Positions 26,886 through 41,041 of a stretch of DNA of 64,000 bases are shown here, piece after piece. The stretch is from Hydrolagus affinis (lineage: Eukaryota): assembly GCA_012026655.1 (NCBI GenBank), contig JAAILG010001456.1, positions 1 through 64,000 on the forward strand, in the 5' to 3' direction. Under the pieces are notes generated by a model, which saw nothing but the letters and a program-made list of their open reading frames with translations, was not told where the DNA came from and did no database searches. Both the position numbers and the translations under genes were made by a program. Within the stretch, counting starts at the first letter, position 1. Each line of letters starts with the position of its first letter.

Positions 26886-28419
26886 AATTAAACTTCTGTA
26901 GTCATGAGAGGCAGTGTGTGACATGGGATTTCAGGGAATTCATAATGATTAAGCAAGACTTAGGGAGGAAAAGGCTATTGCTGAAAGTTGTTAACATTGG
27001 AGAAGTCACGTCTCGGGGCTCTATTGGATTGAATAAGAATGGACATAATGGTGGAGGAGGAGCTCATAATGTTGTCAATTACGCCTACAAATATACAGTC
27101 AATTCACTTTACAGTATATTCTGTGAAGTATTTTGAGAAGTCGATAAGATGTGAAAAGTGCTAATTCAAATGCAAGGATTATTATTATTAATATGATTTT
27201 TTGTTGCAAATTTGCCAGGTTATCCAATGGCAAACTACCGGCAGACAGGAACCTTTTACTTTGGAAACACCTGTACCCTTTGTCCTGCTAAATTAATAAC
27301 AGCTGTTCAAAGTATATGAAGCTGAGCTGGACCGTTCAGCAAAGATACTGGGGTTTCCAGACTGCTGCAAGCACAGATGCTATCAGGAAACAACCCCAGG
27401 AGCTTTCTCTTGTTAACACACCGGCAATGCTTTGTATAATACTGTGCAGTTATCATGTGAGAGTTGCACTAAGGTTTTGAATACGAGGCAACTAATCAGA
27501 ATTCACAGTTTTCTGCAGCTATAGATACAGCATTTTAGAGTACAGTAATACTGTATGTTTATATTACTACTGTATTTTGCAGTTGCATGAAGAATATCTT
27601 CTTGAACTGTATATCTAAAGTTCGGAACAATCTCAAGACATTACCGTTTTCACTCCATTTAATCTCCAGCTATTGTGTAACCTATTCTTATTTACCCTAA
27701 GTAAATGATTGACCAAAACACTGACTGTCTGGCGCCATGGAATGCTGCCCTGATGTGAAAGGTGCTCTACAAATGTCATTTTGTTGTTGTTGTAAATATA
27801 TGAAACATGATCAAAATTTCAGAAAGATATATAGGGGAACCTATACAATGTGGCTTCTGAACAATCAGATGTAGAGAGCTAAAGGATTATAACAAGGTTC
27901 CCTGTAATTGTCAGCCCCACACGACCCCACTGTCTCCACCATGTGTCTACCTGGGCGGGGCGGTGGGGTGGGGGGTGGAGTAGCATTTCCTAGCTGGCAA
28001 ATGTGCCTATGGTCGGCTTTCTTCTCTCTTCTGTAAGCAGCTGTCTAGCCTTTGTCCCTGAGCACCTACAGGTGTCCAGCACTCAGCAAAGCTTATAGAG
28101 TCTCATATAAAATTAGCTTCAGAGACATTTTGTGAATTCTATGTGACTGTTATGAAAAGAAATAAGAATATTGATTTTTTAAAAATCCTTGAATTTGAAG
28201 ATGATTCTAGCATTTTGAAAAGGAAAACATTTTCTGGTAAATTCTTCCCAGATCTTTTGGATTCACTGAAGTGACATTAAGCTGTAACACACACACAGTG
28301 ATTTGTATTGAATCGCTTTCACTTATTAATTTACTAGTTTTATCCTGATTCAGTTCAAAGGTTTGAATTGATATAGTTTAAGCTGATACTCCAATGCAGT
28401 TTGGGCGTGAGGGGGGCTG

Positions 28420-28802
28420 TTGCATTGTTGGGGGTTCTATCCTTCAGGTGTGACATTAAATCAAGACTCCTTTTGTCTTTTGAAGTGGGTGTTAAAAGAT
28501 CACATTGAATATTCAAGAAGAGAAGGGTGTTTCTCTCAGACTCCAGGCAAATATCCCCATATAAAATTGGTCATTAACGTTACGGCTGTTTGTGGGGACA
28601 TTACTGTGCCATAAATTAGTTGCTTCATTTGCCTCCAAAATACATTCACTCCATTTTTCAGTAAAAAATGGGGATGACGGGTTTGCAAGGTTATGGGGAG
28701 AGAGCTGAGGAGTGGGATTAAATTGCTCTTTTTAAAGAGCCAGCAAAGACTCGATGGGCCGAATAGCCCCCTTTTGTGCCGTAAGATTCTATGATTCTAT
28801 GA
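28420..28802 (+). mobile_element. Old Deu-domain SINE remnant followed by a CR1 3' end
   Basis: Diverged Deu core (ggtcatt...gctgtttgtggggacattactgtgccataaatt), then CR1 terminus gatgggccgaat...(ATTCTATG)2. Confidence 0.65.
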
Positions 28803-28840
28803 AAACCTGTAAAGCACTTTAAGATAATAGTAACGATAAT

Positions 28841-29158
28841 TAATAATAATCCTTGCATTTGATGTAGTGCTATTCACATTTTATTGACCTCTCAAAGTGC
28901 TTCACAGGATATGATGTAAAGTGAATTGACCGTATATTTGTGGGCGAAATAAGGCAGCCAATTGCGCACAGCAGTGTCCCACAAACAGTCATGGATTGAA
29001 ATGACCAATTTTTATTATTGTGGTTTTTTTTGGACAGATTATTATTAGGTATGTGGAGTAGGAAACTTGCCCAAAGTTTCGCCCTGACCTGCCTGGATTC
29101 GAACACAGGTCTCACACTTGTAAGGCGAGTGCTTTAACCACTGAGCTCCAGGAGCTCC
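28841..29158 (-). mobile_element. Full-length tRNA-derived Deu-domain SINE
   Basis: A and B boxes (gagctcagtggttaaagc; gttcgaatcc), Deu core and (ATT)n tail. Confidence 0.85.
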
Positions 29159-30912
29159 ACTAAAGGCATTATATCAAATGTATTTTCATTGTTATATTTT
29201 GACTGATTCAGTGGAATGTCAGTGAAAAAAATTCTTAATTCTCAAAGTGTGGCCCACTATTGCTGACAAAATGCCACACTCTCATAGGCTGCTCTCTGCC
29301 GAACAGCAAACTTTTGGGTTTCGTTTGCATACTTTCAAATCAGACAGAAAACTCAAATTGTTTCAACAGGATTAATGGATTATACCATGTAAAAAGGATT
29401 GACTATGGGCAAACAAGACAGCCGGCTGTGCACAGCAATGTCCCACAACCTTCTGTCTCAGGCGAGAGTGCTTGCTACTGTGCCAGGCTAGCTCTCTTTT
29501 CTGTGAGATTCACAAAATTACAGTTTTAACAGAAAAATATGCTGGTAAGGAAACTGCAAAACATTATCTTCTCCAGGTATTTTTGTAACAATGTGGCAGC
29601 TTTCAGAACTCACATTTTACTGCAAATTCGAAAGTAAAAGAGAAGTCACTTAGCAACTATCTTGCAAAAACTGGAAATGATTGTCTTTGTGGCTGCTAAC
29701 CTAATAGCATCATTAGACCTCCATTTATGAATAGGGCTTTTAATACATTACTGCAAAGCACATACGAGGAGTTGTTATAAACCTTGACTCCTTTCAGAGT
29801 AGGGGTATCAGACTAAAATAATATGAATTGGGTCATAAGTGTGAGCGCTCAAATGATCACACGTTTGTTTAAGTGGAAACAGTGAGTACAAAAGTGAACA
29901 GTTTGCCACATGTTTGTTTGAATAGACTACAGTACCATGAATATTTGAGAGTGTAATGCACAATCTAGTGTAAAGTTAGACCGTGTGCCTGGTGTTTTTA
30001 TACCAAGCAGATTGATAAATAGTATTTAGATGTGGACATAGTTGTAGTCAGTATGTATAAGAAATTTGAACACAAGCATTTCTCCCTTTGATACAATTTT
30101 CTCATTAAAGATTGCCTTGGTTGACCCTACTAATTGTTACTCTGCTACTGTTTATTGGCTGGTAAATAGCTGGTTGACAGCTAATGACAGTCAATTTCTT
30201 GTGGGGGGAAAAATACGACTTCCAAAATGAGTGGTGGAAACAGGAAAACAGAAGAAAAGGAAATTATGGGTTTTATTTAAATGTAGACTAGCTGGAAAAT
30301 ATTGAGGATAAGGTTGAATGAAAAAAAAGGTAAGAGAAAGATTAGAGAAGAGGACAACACGGAAGGAAAAAAGGCAACAGGACAAACACAGGTAAATGTT
30401 TTAGAAAGTTTTCCATTTCAAATTGATTCCTGAATTGACATCAGCAGAACAGGGTTAATGTTATTTTGCTGATGCTGTTGGTACGTTTATTGCGTTAATA
30501 TTATTGTGTGTGTGTTGTGGGGTGGGGGGCGGTGAGGGAGTAGAACATGACAGGACATGAGCTGAAAAACATACAGGGACAGGTGTCTCCCCACTGTCAG
30601 TTGTCAAAGGGTTAATCAGAATTACAGATACAATGATACAAAACACAGGACAGTAAGGAGCTGTGGACCACTGAATCCTTTCAGACAGCACAAAAACAAA
30701 CATCACCAGTTGACATGAGAACATTTAGCGAAGGCCTTTTGTTGCTGGATTACATATTCTTATGAAATGTGTTATCTGGAATTGAATTTGCATAGTGGAT
30801 AATGCATTTGTATTCGTCCAGTGAGGGAACAAAACTGTGTTTCAAACATCCATGATCTAACATTGCATTCTAATCAAGCCCCACCCTCTCCAATAAAAAC
30901 AAACAAGACTAC

Positions 30913-31057
30913 CTGTCTGAGCGCTCTCCTAAACGCCCTAATCCTCTGTACATCATATTGTCCAGATAGCGACTGCTGGGTAGAGAGTCATCTCCAAGCT
31001 CTTTTAGGTCCTCTGCTCTAAGATACTCTCCTCCATCTCCAGTCATTGTATCATCTC
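30913..31057 (-). CDS. ANK2: Ankyrin-2 exon after the ankyrin repeats, linker (145 nt); first exon found in this copy
   Basis: [29 protein letters not shown] matches human ANK2 [29 protein letters not shown]. Confidence 0.94.
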
Positions 31058-31510
31058 CTTGGGAGCAAGAAAGAGTTTGATCAGTCAGGAGACGTGCGTT
31101 GGTTGCTATGCAATTCCAGAGTAAAACCACGCAGCTGGAAACTAGCCACTCATGGCAATGCGATAATGAAGCAGGAAGTGCTCGTCACTAAAGGCTTAAG
31201 GGAATGTATAAACAGAACCTACTGGCTGCAATACATCACAAGAATCAAACACACAGCAACTGCGGTAAGTCGGATTCTCTCTTACATAGCACTGGAGGAC
31301 AGGTAACTAAAATACAAGGTAGGAATCAGAGTGACACTATAAATCTTGGCAAGATGTCGAGCAAGAAAGGAAATCTACTTGACCACAAACAATCAAACGT
31401 TAAAACGGTCTCAATGTACATGTAGCATTTTAGCAATTGTAAGGTTTTAGTAAGATTTTTATACATTAGGAAGACTAGTCTGTTTCATAATGTGCAATTT
31501 ATGAAACAAG

Positions 31511-31805
31511 CGAGAGGTACTGGGTTTGAGCTCCCGGCAGGGCGAAACATTGGACAAGTTTCCTTATTTCACACACCTATGTTCATTTAATAGGAAGAAG
31601 GATCCTGGTTGTTAGTCAATTGGCAGATCACTTTTCCGGGGTAATAATCCCATTAAAATGAAAAATTATATGATAATACTGGTCACTCAATACATAATTG
31701 TTTGTGGGACACTGCGGTGCGTGATTGGCTGCTGTGTTTCCCCACAAAATATATAGTCAATTAACTTTACAGTATATTCTGTAAAACGCTTTGAGACGTC
31801 TCAAA
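31511..31805 (+). mobile_element. Deu-domain SINE, diverged
   Basis: ggcagggcgaaac...tgtttgtgggacactgcggtgcgtgattggctgc...gtaaaacgctttgagacgtc. Ends are approximate. Confidence 0.7.
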
Positions 31806-31929
31806 GTTGTGATAACAACAATAACAAACAAAATTATATTTCTAGAGTGCCTTTCGCGTCGAGAGGATGTCCCATATCACGCTATATCAAATGCAGGGAA
31901 ATGCAAATGCAAACATTATGTAGCATTGA

Positions 31930-32224
31930 TAATAACAATAATAATCCTTGCACTTGATATGGCGTTTCTAGATGTCTCAAAGCATTTCAAAGAATACACT
32001 GTAAAGAGAATTCACTGTATATTTGTGGGAGAAATGCAGCAGCTAATTGTGCACAGCAGAGTCCCACAAACAGTTGTGGATTGAAGTGACCAATTTATTA
32101 TTGTTTTTTTCGTGAGGGATTATTGTGAATTAAAAAAACTTGCCCAAGGTTTTGCCCTGCCTGGAATTGAACCCAGGTATCTTGCTTGTGAGGTGAATGC
32201 TCTAACTACTGCTCTAAAGGACTC
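31930..32224 (-). mobile_element. Deu-domain SINE, near full length
   Basis: tRNA-like head (gcagtagttagagca...ggttcaattcc), Deu core and tail. Confidence 0.75.
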
Positions 32225-33241
32225 TACGTTCAATGCAGCCAATTGTTTAAATTGAGAGGAACCTAGAATCTCAAGATTCAACCACTTTTCCTGGTAACCT
32301 GTTTTACTCATTAATTACCCTCTGGGTAATGAAAGCATGTTTATGAGCTGAGCCTTTTGTCAAGGAAATAATTTGGCAGGAAATGTAAATTATGCTAGTC
32401 TTCACACCAAATGATTGACAGTGTTCCCACTCCTGATCAACAACTCTGACATTGTTGATGTAAATGTATCAATTAATACCTCATTTGCAGCGGATTAGGA
32501 ATCAACTTTTACTACAATCAGAACGTAAATTAACAATAATATTTCTTTGATATACAAAAAGAACTTGAAAAACATTTATACAACACAAATTTATATTTAT
32601 ATCTCATCTTTTATACAGCGTTTCATCCACAAATATAGTCAATTCACTTTACAGTATATTCTGTGAAGTGCTTTGAGATGTCTAGAGGATGTGAAAACCG
32701 TTATATCAAAAATGCAAGGATTATTTACATCAGGATGATGTCCTAAAGCTCCTAATAGTATTGACTGAGGGCATCCAAGCTGAGGGTTAGAGCTGAGAAA
32801 GATGAGCGAAAGCATGGTCAAAGTGGGAGGTCTTGAGATAAACATTGAACAAACTGAGGGAGAGAGTTGGAAGCCCTCTGGGGTGGATTTCCAGAGATTC
32901 TAGTAGAACGGCTAAAAGTCTGCCCACTAATGGTATGGCTGGGAAAGCAATGGACTTAAAACAGATCAGTGCTTATTGGAGCAAAGTGATGTTTTATGAT
33001 AGTGTTTTGATTTAACCGGGGTTTAGAACTTCCCTTATTAGAAAATAGTGTTGTTAGAAAAGATGATACCTTGTATCATGTAATTTAACCAAATCATCCT
33101 TATTTTGATTTGAAATGGATGTGCAAAAGGCTTAATTCACATCATTTTGATCACCTTTTCATTTTCATCACAATATGAGAGGAAGAAAATCCTATTTAAC
33201 AAAATGATCAACTTACATTTTAATAACCAATTACTTTTTTT

Positions 33242-33664
33242 TAGGGTCCGTCGATATGGAAATTTTCCGATTTAGATATATCGATGGGCTCTTATCAAGA
33301 TATACCAAAATATCGATNNNNNNNNNNNNNNNNNNNNNNNNNNNNNNNNNNNNNNNNNNNNNNNNNNNNNNNNNNNNNNNNNNNNNNNNNNNNNNNNNNN
33401 NNNNNNNNNNNNNNNNNACAGATAGAGATGGGGGGGATGTGAGAGAGGAGAGAGACACAGAGACACAGACAGAAAAACACAGAGATGGAGAGAGTGAGTG
33501 TGAGAGACACAGAGAGAGAAAGATATTTACCTCCTGAGGAGATAGGCTCCGAATGCGCGCGCATGCGCAGTATGAAAACCCCGAAAATATCGATATTTTG
33601 GTATATCTTGATAAGAGCCCATCGATATATCTAAATCGGAAAATTTCCATATCGACGGACCCTA
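33242..33664. mobile_element. hAT-like non-autonomous DNA element spanning the gap at the symmetry centre
   Basis: Terminus TAGGGTCCGTCGATAT... with repeated ATCGAT/CGATAT subterminal motifs; CpG-rich relative to the flanks. Both visible ends may be the same end duplicated. Confidence 0.55.
33318..33417. other. Scaffold gap of 100 N
   Basis: Exactly 100 N, the conventional placeholder for a gap of unknown size. Confidence 0.99.
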
Positions 33665-35848
33665 AAAAAAAGTAATTGGTTATTAAAATGTAAGTTGATC
33701 ATTTTGTTAAATAGGATTTTCTTCCTCTCATATTGTGATGAAAATGAAAAGGTGATCAAAATGATGTGAATTAAGCCTTTTGCACATCCATTTCAAATCA
33801 AAATAAGGATGATTTGGTTAAATTACATGATACAAGGTATCATCTTTTCTAACAACACTATTTTCTAATAAGGGAAGTTCTAAACCCCGGTTAAATCAAA
33901 ACACTATCATAAAACATCACTTTGCTCCAATAAGCACTGATCTGTTTTAAGTCCATTGCTTTCCCAGCCATACCATTAGTGGGCAGACTTTTAGCCGTTC
34001 TACTAGAATCTCTGGAAATCCACCCCAGAGGGCTTCCAACTCTCTCCCTCAGTTTGTTCAATGTTTATCTCAAGACCTCCCACTTTGACCATGCTTTCGC
34101 TCATCTTTCTCAGCTCTAACCCTCAGCTTGGATGCCCTCAGTCAATACTATTAGGAGCTTTAGGACATCATCCTGATGTAAATAATCCTTGCATTTTTGA
34201 TATAACGGTTTTCACATCCTCTAGACATCTCAAAGCACTTCACAGAATATACTGTAAAGTGAATTGACTATATTTGTGGATGAAACGCTGTATAAAAGAT
34301 GAGATATAAATATAAATTTGTGTTGTATAAATGTTTTTCAAGTTCTTTTTGTATATCAAAGAAATATTATTGTTAATTTACGTTCTGATTGTAGTAAAAG
34401 TTGATTCCTAATCCGCTGCAAATGAGGTATTAATTGATACATTTACATCAACAATGTCAGAGTTGTTGATCAGGAGTGGGAACACTGTCAATCATTTGGT
34501 GTGAAGACTAGCATAATTTACATTTCCTGCCAAATTATTTCCTTGACAAAAGGCTCAGCTCATAAACATGCTTTCATTACCCAGAGGGTAATTAATGAGT
34601 AAAACAGGTTACCAGGAAAAGTGGTTGAATCTTGAGATTCTAGGTTCCTCTCAATTTAAACAATTGGCTGCATTGAACGTAGAGTCCTTTAGAGCAGTAG
34701 TTAGAGCATTCACCTCACAAGCAAGATACCTGGGTTCAATTCCAGGCAGGGCAAAACCTTGGGCAAGTTTTTTTAATTCACAATAATCCCTCACGAAAAA
34801 AACAATAATAAATTGGTCACTTCAATCCACAACTGTTTGTGGGACTCTGCTGTGCACAATTAGCTGCTGCATTTCTCCCACAAATATACAGTGAATTCTC
34901 TTTACAGTGTATTCTTTGAAATGCTTTGAGACATCTAGAAACGCCATATCAAGTGCAAGGATTATTATTGTTATTATCAATGCTACATAATGTTTGCATT
35001 TGCATTTCCCTGCATTTGATATAGCGTGATATGGGACATCCTCTCGACGCGAAAGGCACTCTAGAAATATAATTTTGTTTGTTATTGTTGTTATCACAAC
35101 TTTGAGACGTCTCAAAGCGTTTTACAGAATATACTGTAAAGTTAATTGACTATATATTTTGTGGGGAAACACAGCAGCCAATCACGCACCGCAGTGTCCC
35201 ACAAACAATTATGTATTGAGTGACCAGTATTATCATATAATTTTTCATTTTAATGGGATTATTACCCCGGAAAAGTGATCTGCCAATTGACTAACAACCA
35301 GGATCCTTCTTCCTATTAAATGAACATAGGTGTGTGAAATAAGGAAACTTGTCCAATGTTTCGCCCTGCCGGGAGCTCAAACCCAGTACCTCTCGCTTGT
35401 TTCATAAATTGCACATTATGAAACAGACTAGTCTTCCTAATGTATAAAAATCTTACTAAAACCTTACAATTGCTAAAATGCTACATGTACATTGAGACCG
35501 TTTTAACGTTTGATTGTTTGTGGTCAAGTAGATTTCCTTTCTTGCTCGACATCTTGCCAAGATTTATAGTGTCACTCTGATTCCTACCTTGTATTTTAGT
35601 TACCTGTCCTCCAGTGCTATGTAAGAGAGAATCCGACTTACCGCAGTTGCTGTGTGTTTGATTCTTGTGATGTATTGCAGCCAGTAGGTTCTGTTTATAC
35701 ATTCCCTTAAGCCTTTAGTGACGAGCACTTCCTGCTTCATTATCGCATTGCCATGAGTGGCTAGTTTCCAGCTGCGTGGTTTTACTCTGGAATTGCATAG
35801 CAACCAACGCACGTCTCCTGACTGATCAAACTCTTTCTTGCTCCCAAG

Positions 35849-35993
35849 GAGATGATACAATGACTGGAGATGGAGGAGAGTATCTTAGAGCAGAGGACCT
35901 AAAAGAGCTTGGAGATGACTCTCTACCCAGCAGTCGCTATCTGGACAATATGATGTACAGAGGATTAGGGCGTTTAGGAGAGCGCTCAGACAG
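35849..35993 (+). CDS. ANK2: Ankyrin-2 linker exon (mirror copy)
   Basis: [29 protein letters not shown]...RSD; aag acceptor and gtagtc donor. Confidence 0.9.
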
Positions 35994-37747
35994 GTAGTCT
36001 TGTTTGTTTTTATTGGAGAGGGTGGGGCTTGATTAGAATGCAATGTTAGATCATGGATGTTTGAAACACAGTTTTGTTCCCTCACTGGACGAATACAAAT
36101 GCATTATCCACTATGCAAATTCAATTCCAGATAACACATTTCATAAGAATATGTAATCCAGCAACAAAAGGCCTTCGCTAAATGTTCTCATGTCAACTGG
36201 TGATGTTTGTTTTTGTGCTGTCTGAAAGGATTCAGTGGTCCACAGCTCCTTACTGTCCTGTGTTTTGTATCATTGTATCTGTAATTCTGATTAACCCTTT
36301 GACAACTGACAGTGGGGAGACACCTGTCCCTGTATGTTTTTCAGCTCATGTCCTGTCATGTTCTACTCCCTCACCGCCCCCCACCCCACAACACACACAC
36401 AATAATATTAACGCAATAAACGTACCAACAGCATCAGCAAAATAACATTAACCCTGTTCTGCTGATGTCAATTCAGGAATCAATTTGAAATGGAAAACTT
36501 TCTAAAACATTTACCTGTGTTTGTCCTGTTGCCTTTTTTCCTTCCGTGTTGTCCTCTTCTCTAATCTTTCTCTTACCTTTTTTTTCATTCAACCTTATCC
36601 TCAATATTTTCCAGCTAGTCTACATTTAAATAAAACCCATAATTTCCTTTTCTTCTGTTTTCCTGTTTCCACCACTCATTTTGGAAGTCGTATTTTTCCC
36701 CCCACAAGAAATTGACTGTCATTAGCTGTCAACCAGCTATTTACCAGCCAATAAACAGTAGCAGAGTAACAATTAGTAGGGTCAACCAAGGCAATCTTTA
36801 ATGAGAAAATTGTATCAAAGGGAGAAATGCTTGTGTTCAAATTTCTTATACATACTGACTACAACTATGTCCACATCTAAATACTATTTATCAATCTGCT
36901 TGGTATAAAAACACCAGGCACACGGTCTAACTTTACACTAGATTGTGCATTACACTCTCAAATATTCATGGTACTGTAGTCTATTCAAACAAACATGTGG
37001 CAAACTGTTCACTTTTGTACTCACTGTTTCCACTTAAACAAACGTGTGATCATTTGAGCGCTCACACTTATGACCCAATTCATATTATTTTAGTCTGATA
37101 CCCCTACTCTGAAAGGAGTCAAGGTTTATAACAACTCCTCGTATGTGCTTTGCAGTAATGTATTAAAAGCCCTATTCATAAATGGAGGTCTAATGATGCT
37201 ATTAGGTTAGCAGCCACAAAGACAATCATTTCCAGTTTTTGCAAGATAGTTGCTAAGTGACTTCTCTTTTACTTTCGAATTTGCAGTAAAATGTGAGTTC
37301 TGAAAGCTGCCACATTGTTACAAAAATACCTGGAGAAGATAATGTTTTGCAGTTTCCTTACCAGCATATTTTTCTGTTAAAACTGTAATTTTGTGAATCT
37401 CACAGAAAAGAGAGCTAGCCTGGCACAGTAGCAAGCACTCTCGCCTGAGACAGAAGGTTGTGGGACATTGCTGTGCACAGCCGGCTGTCTTGTTTGCCCA
37501 TAGTCAATCCTTTTTACATGGTATAATCCATTAATCCTGTTGAAACAATTTGAGTTTTCTGTCTGATTTGAAAGTATGCAAACGAAACCCAAAAGTTTGC
37601 TGTTCGGCAGAGAGCAGCCTATGAGAGTGTGGCATTTTGTCAGCAATAGTGGGCCACACTTTGAGAATTAAGAATTTTTTTCACTGACATTCCACTGAAT
37701 CAGTCAAAATATAACAATGAAAATACATTTGATATAATGCCTTTAGT

Positions 37748-38065
37748 GGAGCTCCTGGAGCTCAGTGGTTAAAGCACTCGCCTTACAAGTGTGAGACCTG
37801 TGTTCGAATCCAGGCAGGTCAGGGCGAAACTTTGGGCAAGTTTCCTACTCCACATACCTAATAATAATCTGTCCAAAAAAAACCACAATAATAAAAATTG
37901 GTCATTTCAATCCATGACTGTTTGTGGGACACTGCTGTGCGCAATTGGCTGCCTTATTTCGCCCACAAATATACGGTCAATTCACTTTACATCATATCCT
38001 GTGAAGCACTTTGAGAGGTCAATAAAATGTGAATAGCACTACATCAAATGCAAGGATTATTATTA
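37748..38065 (+). mobile_element. Deu-domain SINE (mirror copy)
   Basis: Mirror of 28841-29158. Confidence 0.8.
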
Positions 38066-41041
38066 ATTATCGTTACTATTATCTTAAAGTGCTTTACAGG
38101 TTTTCATAGAATCATAGAATCTTACGGCACAAAAGGGGGCTATTCGGCCCATCGAGTCTTTGCTGGCTCTTTAAAAAGAGCAATTTAATCCCACTCCTCA
38201 GCTCTCTCCCCATAACCTTGCAAACCCGTCATCCCCATTTTTTACTGAAAAATGGAGTGAATGTATTTTGGAGGCAAATGAAGCAACTAATTTATGGCAC
38301 AGTAATGTCCCCACAAACAGCCGTAACGTTAATGACCAATTTTATATGGGGATATTTGCCTGGAGTCTGAGAGAAACACCCTTCTCTTCTTGAATATTCA
38401 ATGTGATCTTTTAACACCCACTTCAAAAGACAAAAGGAGTCTTGATTTAATGTCACACCTGAAGGATAGAACCCCCAACAATGCAACAGCCCCCCTCACG
38501 CCCAAACTGCATTGGAGTATCAGCTTAAACTATATCAATTCAAACCTTTGAACTGAATCAGGATAAAACTAGTAAATTAATAAGTGAAAGCGATTCAATA
38601 CAAATCACTGTGTGTGTGTTACAGCTTAATGTCACTTCAGTGAATCCAAAAGATCTGGGAAGAATTTACCAGAAAATGTTTTCCTTTTCAAAATGCTAGA
38701 ATCATCTTCAAATTCAAGGATTTTTAAAAAATCAATATTCTTATTTCTTTTCATAACAGTCACATAGAATTCACAAAATGTCTCTGAAGCTAATTTTATA
38801 TGAGACTCTATAAGCTTTGCTGAGTGCTGGACACCTGTAGGTGCTCAGGGACAAAGGCTAGACAGCTGCTTACAGAAGAGAGAAGAAAGCCGACCATAGG
38901 CACATTTGCCAGCTAGGAAATGCTACTCCACCCCCCACCCCACCGCCCCGCCCAGGTAGACACATGGTGGAGACAGTGGGGTCGTGTGGGGCTGACAATT
39001 ACAGGGAACCTTGTTATAATCCTTTAGCTCTCTACATCTGATTGTTCAGAAGCCACATTGTATAGGTTCCCCTATATATCTTTCTGAAATTTTGATCATG
39101 TTTCATATATTTACAACAACAACAAAATGACATTTGTAGAGCACCTTTCACATCAGGGCAGCATTCCATGGCGCCAGACAGTCAGTGTTTTGGTCAATCA
39201 TTTACTTAGGGTAAATAAGAATAGGTTACACAATAGCTGGAGATTAAATGGAGTGAAAACGGTAATGTCTTGAGATTGTTCCGAACTTTAGATATACAGT
39301 TCAAGAAGATATTCTTCATGCAACTGCAAAATACAGTAGTAATATAAACATACAGTATTACTGTACTCTAAAATGCTGTATCTATAGCTGCAGAAAACTG
39401 TGAATTCTGATTAGTTGCCTCGTATTCAAAACCTTAGTGCAACTCTCACATGATAACTGCACAGTATTATACAAAGCATTGCCGGTGTGTTAACAAGAGA
39501 AAGCTCCTGGGGTTGTTTCCTGATAGCATCTGTGCTTGCAGCAGTCTGGAAACCCCAGTATCTTTGCTGAACGGTCCAGCTCAGCTTCATATACTTTGAA
39601 CAGCTGTTATTAATTTAGCAGGACAAAGGGTACAGGTGTTTCCAAAGTAAAAGGTTCCTGTCTGCCGGTAGTTTGCCATTGGATAACCTGGCAAATTTGC
39701 AACAAAAAATCATATTAATAATAATAATCCTTGCATTTGAATTAGCACTTTTCACATCTTATCGACTTCTCAAAATACTTCACAGAATATACTGTAAAGT
39801 GAATTGACTGTATATTTGTAGGCGTAATTGACAACATTATGAGCTCCTCCTCCACCATTATGTCCATTCTTATTCAATCCAATAGAGCCCCGAGACGTGA
39901 CTTCTCCAATGTTAACAACTTTCAGCAATAGCCTTTTCCTCCCTAAGTCTTGCTTAATCATTATGAATTCCCTGAAATCCCATGTCACACACTGCCTCTC
40001 ATGACTACAGAAGTTTAATTTCTTCACCCACTCTCTCATTTTTCCGCCTGCTCTCATTTTTCTCACCCACACTCTTCTCTCTTGTTTTTCTCCACCCACA
40101 CTCTCTCTGTGTTTTTAAAATTTACACTCTTTTTACTCTATCTTTTTTAATGTTTCCCATATTCGTTCTTTATTACAAGCACATCTTGTATCTCTCACCC
40201 TATATTTATCTTATTTTCTCTTAACTCTTCCTCTCTCATTTCCCTATCTCTAATTTCCCTCTCTCTCTCATTTCTATTTACCTATTTCATTTCTAACCTG
40301 GTTATCCCTTCCTTTCTTTATTTATCTCTCGTTTTTCTCAATCTCTCTTGTTGTCCCCCTCCCTCTCTTGTGCATTTAGCACAGGTATTGTGTGATGTCC
40401 TGCTGGATTTGCTCCAGCCCAACAACAACAACAAAATTACATTTATAGAGCGCCTTTTACGTTGGGAGGACATCCCAAGGCTTTGATGCAAGGGCTTCTT
40501 GCCATCACCTGTATATTACTTTTGTGCCACAACTAACCCAGCAAAGCTGATGAGTTATATATGTGTGACAAGGCCAAACTCATGCATTTGCACATACATT
40601 TTAGTTGCAAAACACAGACCGAGCACAAATTTAATAGAAATGTGGTGTTCCCTATAATCTTATTGCCGGTCGTGGTACCCTTCAGCACTGGTGAATATAA
40701 CCGTTCCACATGGTACGTTGGCTCCAGTATACTTCCATAGTATGGGTAGCACATTGGGGATTGTGCACAAAATAATAAGCTCCTGCAACACCATTTCGTA
40801 GAGAGGAATACAGTTCGCAATTTCATCCTTGCTTTCAAGGAGCCAGTTTCCAATAAGGAAGGAAATAACTCCTCCTGGTTACAAGGAGCTGAGTTGTACT
40901 GGCAAAAAAAATAGACACAGATTCACCTTTTTTGACCCAAAATATACACCCAACCAGTAGAAAAAATGGGGAAAGATGGGGAGAAAATAGCATAACCAAC
41001 CACATATTTTATAATAATCATGTATAACAACCAACAACATA

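Larger units (their letters stand above)
2906..33317. repeat. Left arm of a giant inverted duplication (at least 30.4 kb)
   Basis: ORFs in this interval have mirrored twins with identical translations and a constant coordinate sum of 66906 (e.g. 3438..3632 and 63274..63468). Confidence 0.98.

Noticed and set aside
33553-33570. NRF1-like GCGCATGCGC motif between the divergent ANK2 copies, suggesting a bidirectional promoter
   Set aside because: It lies inside the putative transposon next to a gap, with no CpG island or first exon, and the divergent layout is probably artefactual.
33231-33650. ORFs spanning the centre
   Set aside because: They read through the N gap and low-complexity GA sequence.
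36520-36710. Long pyrimidine tract resembling a splice acceptor
   Set aside because: The AG at 36614 is followed by an in-frame stop and I found no convincing donor.
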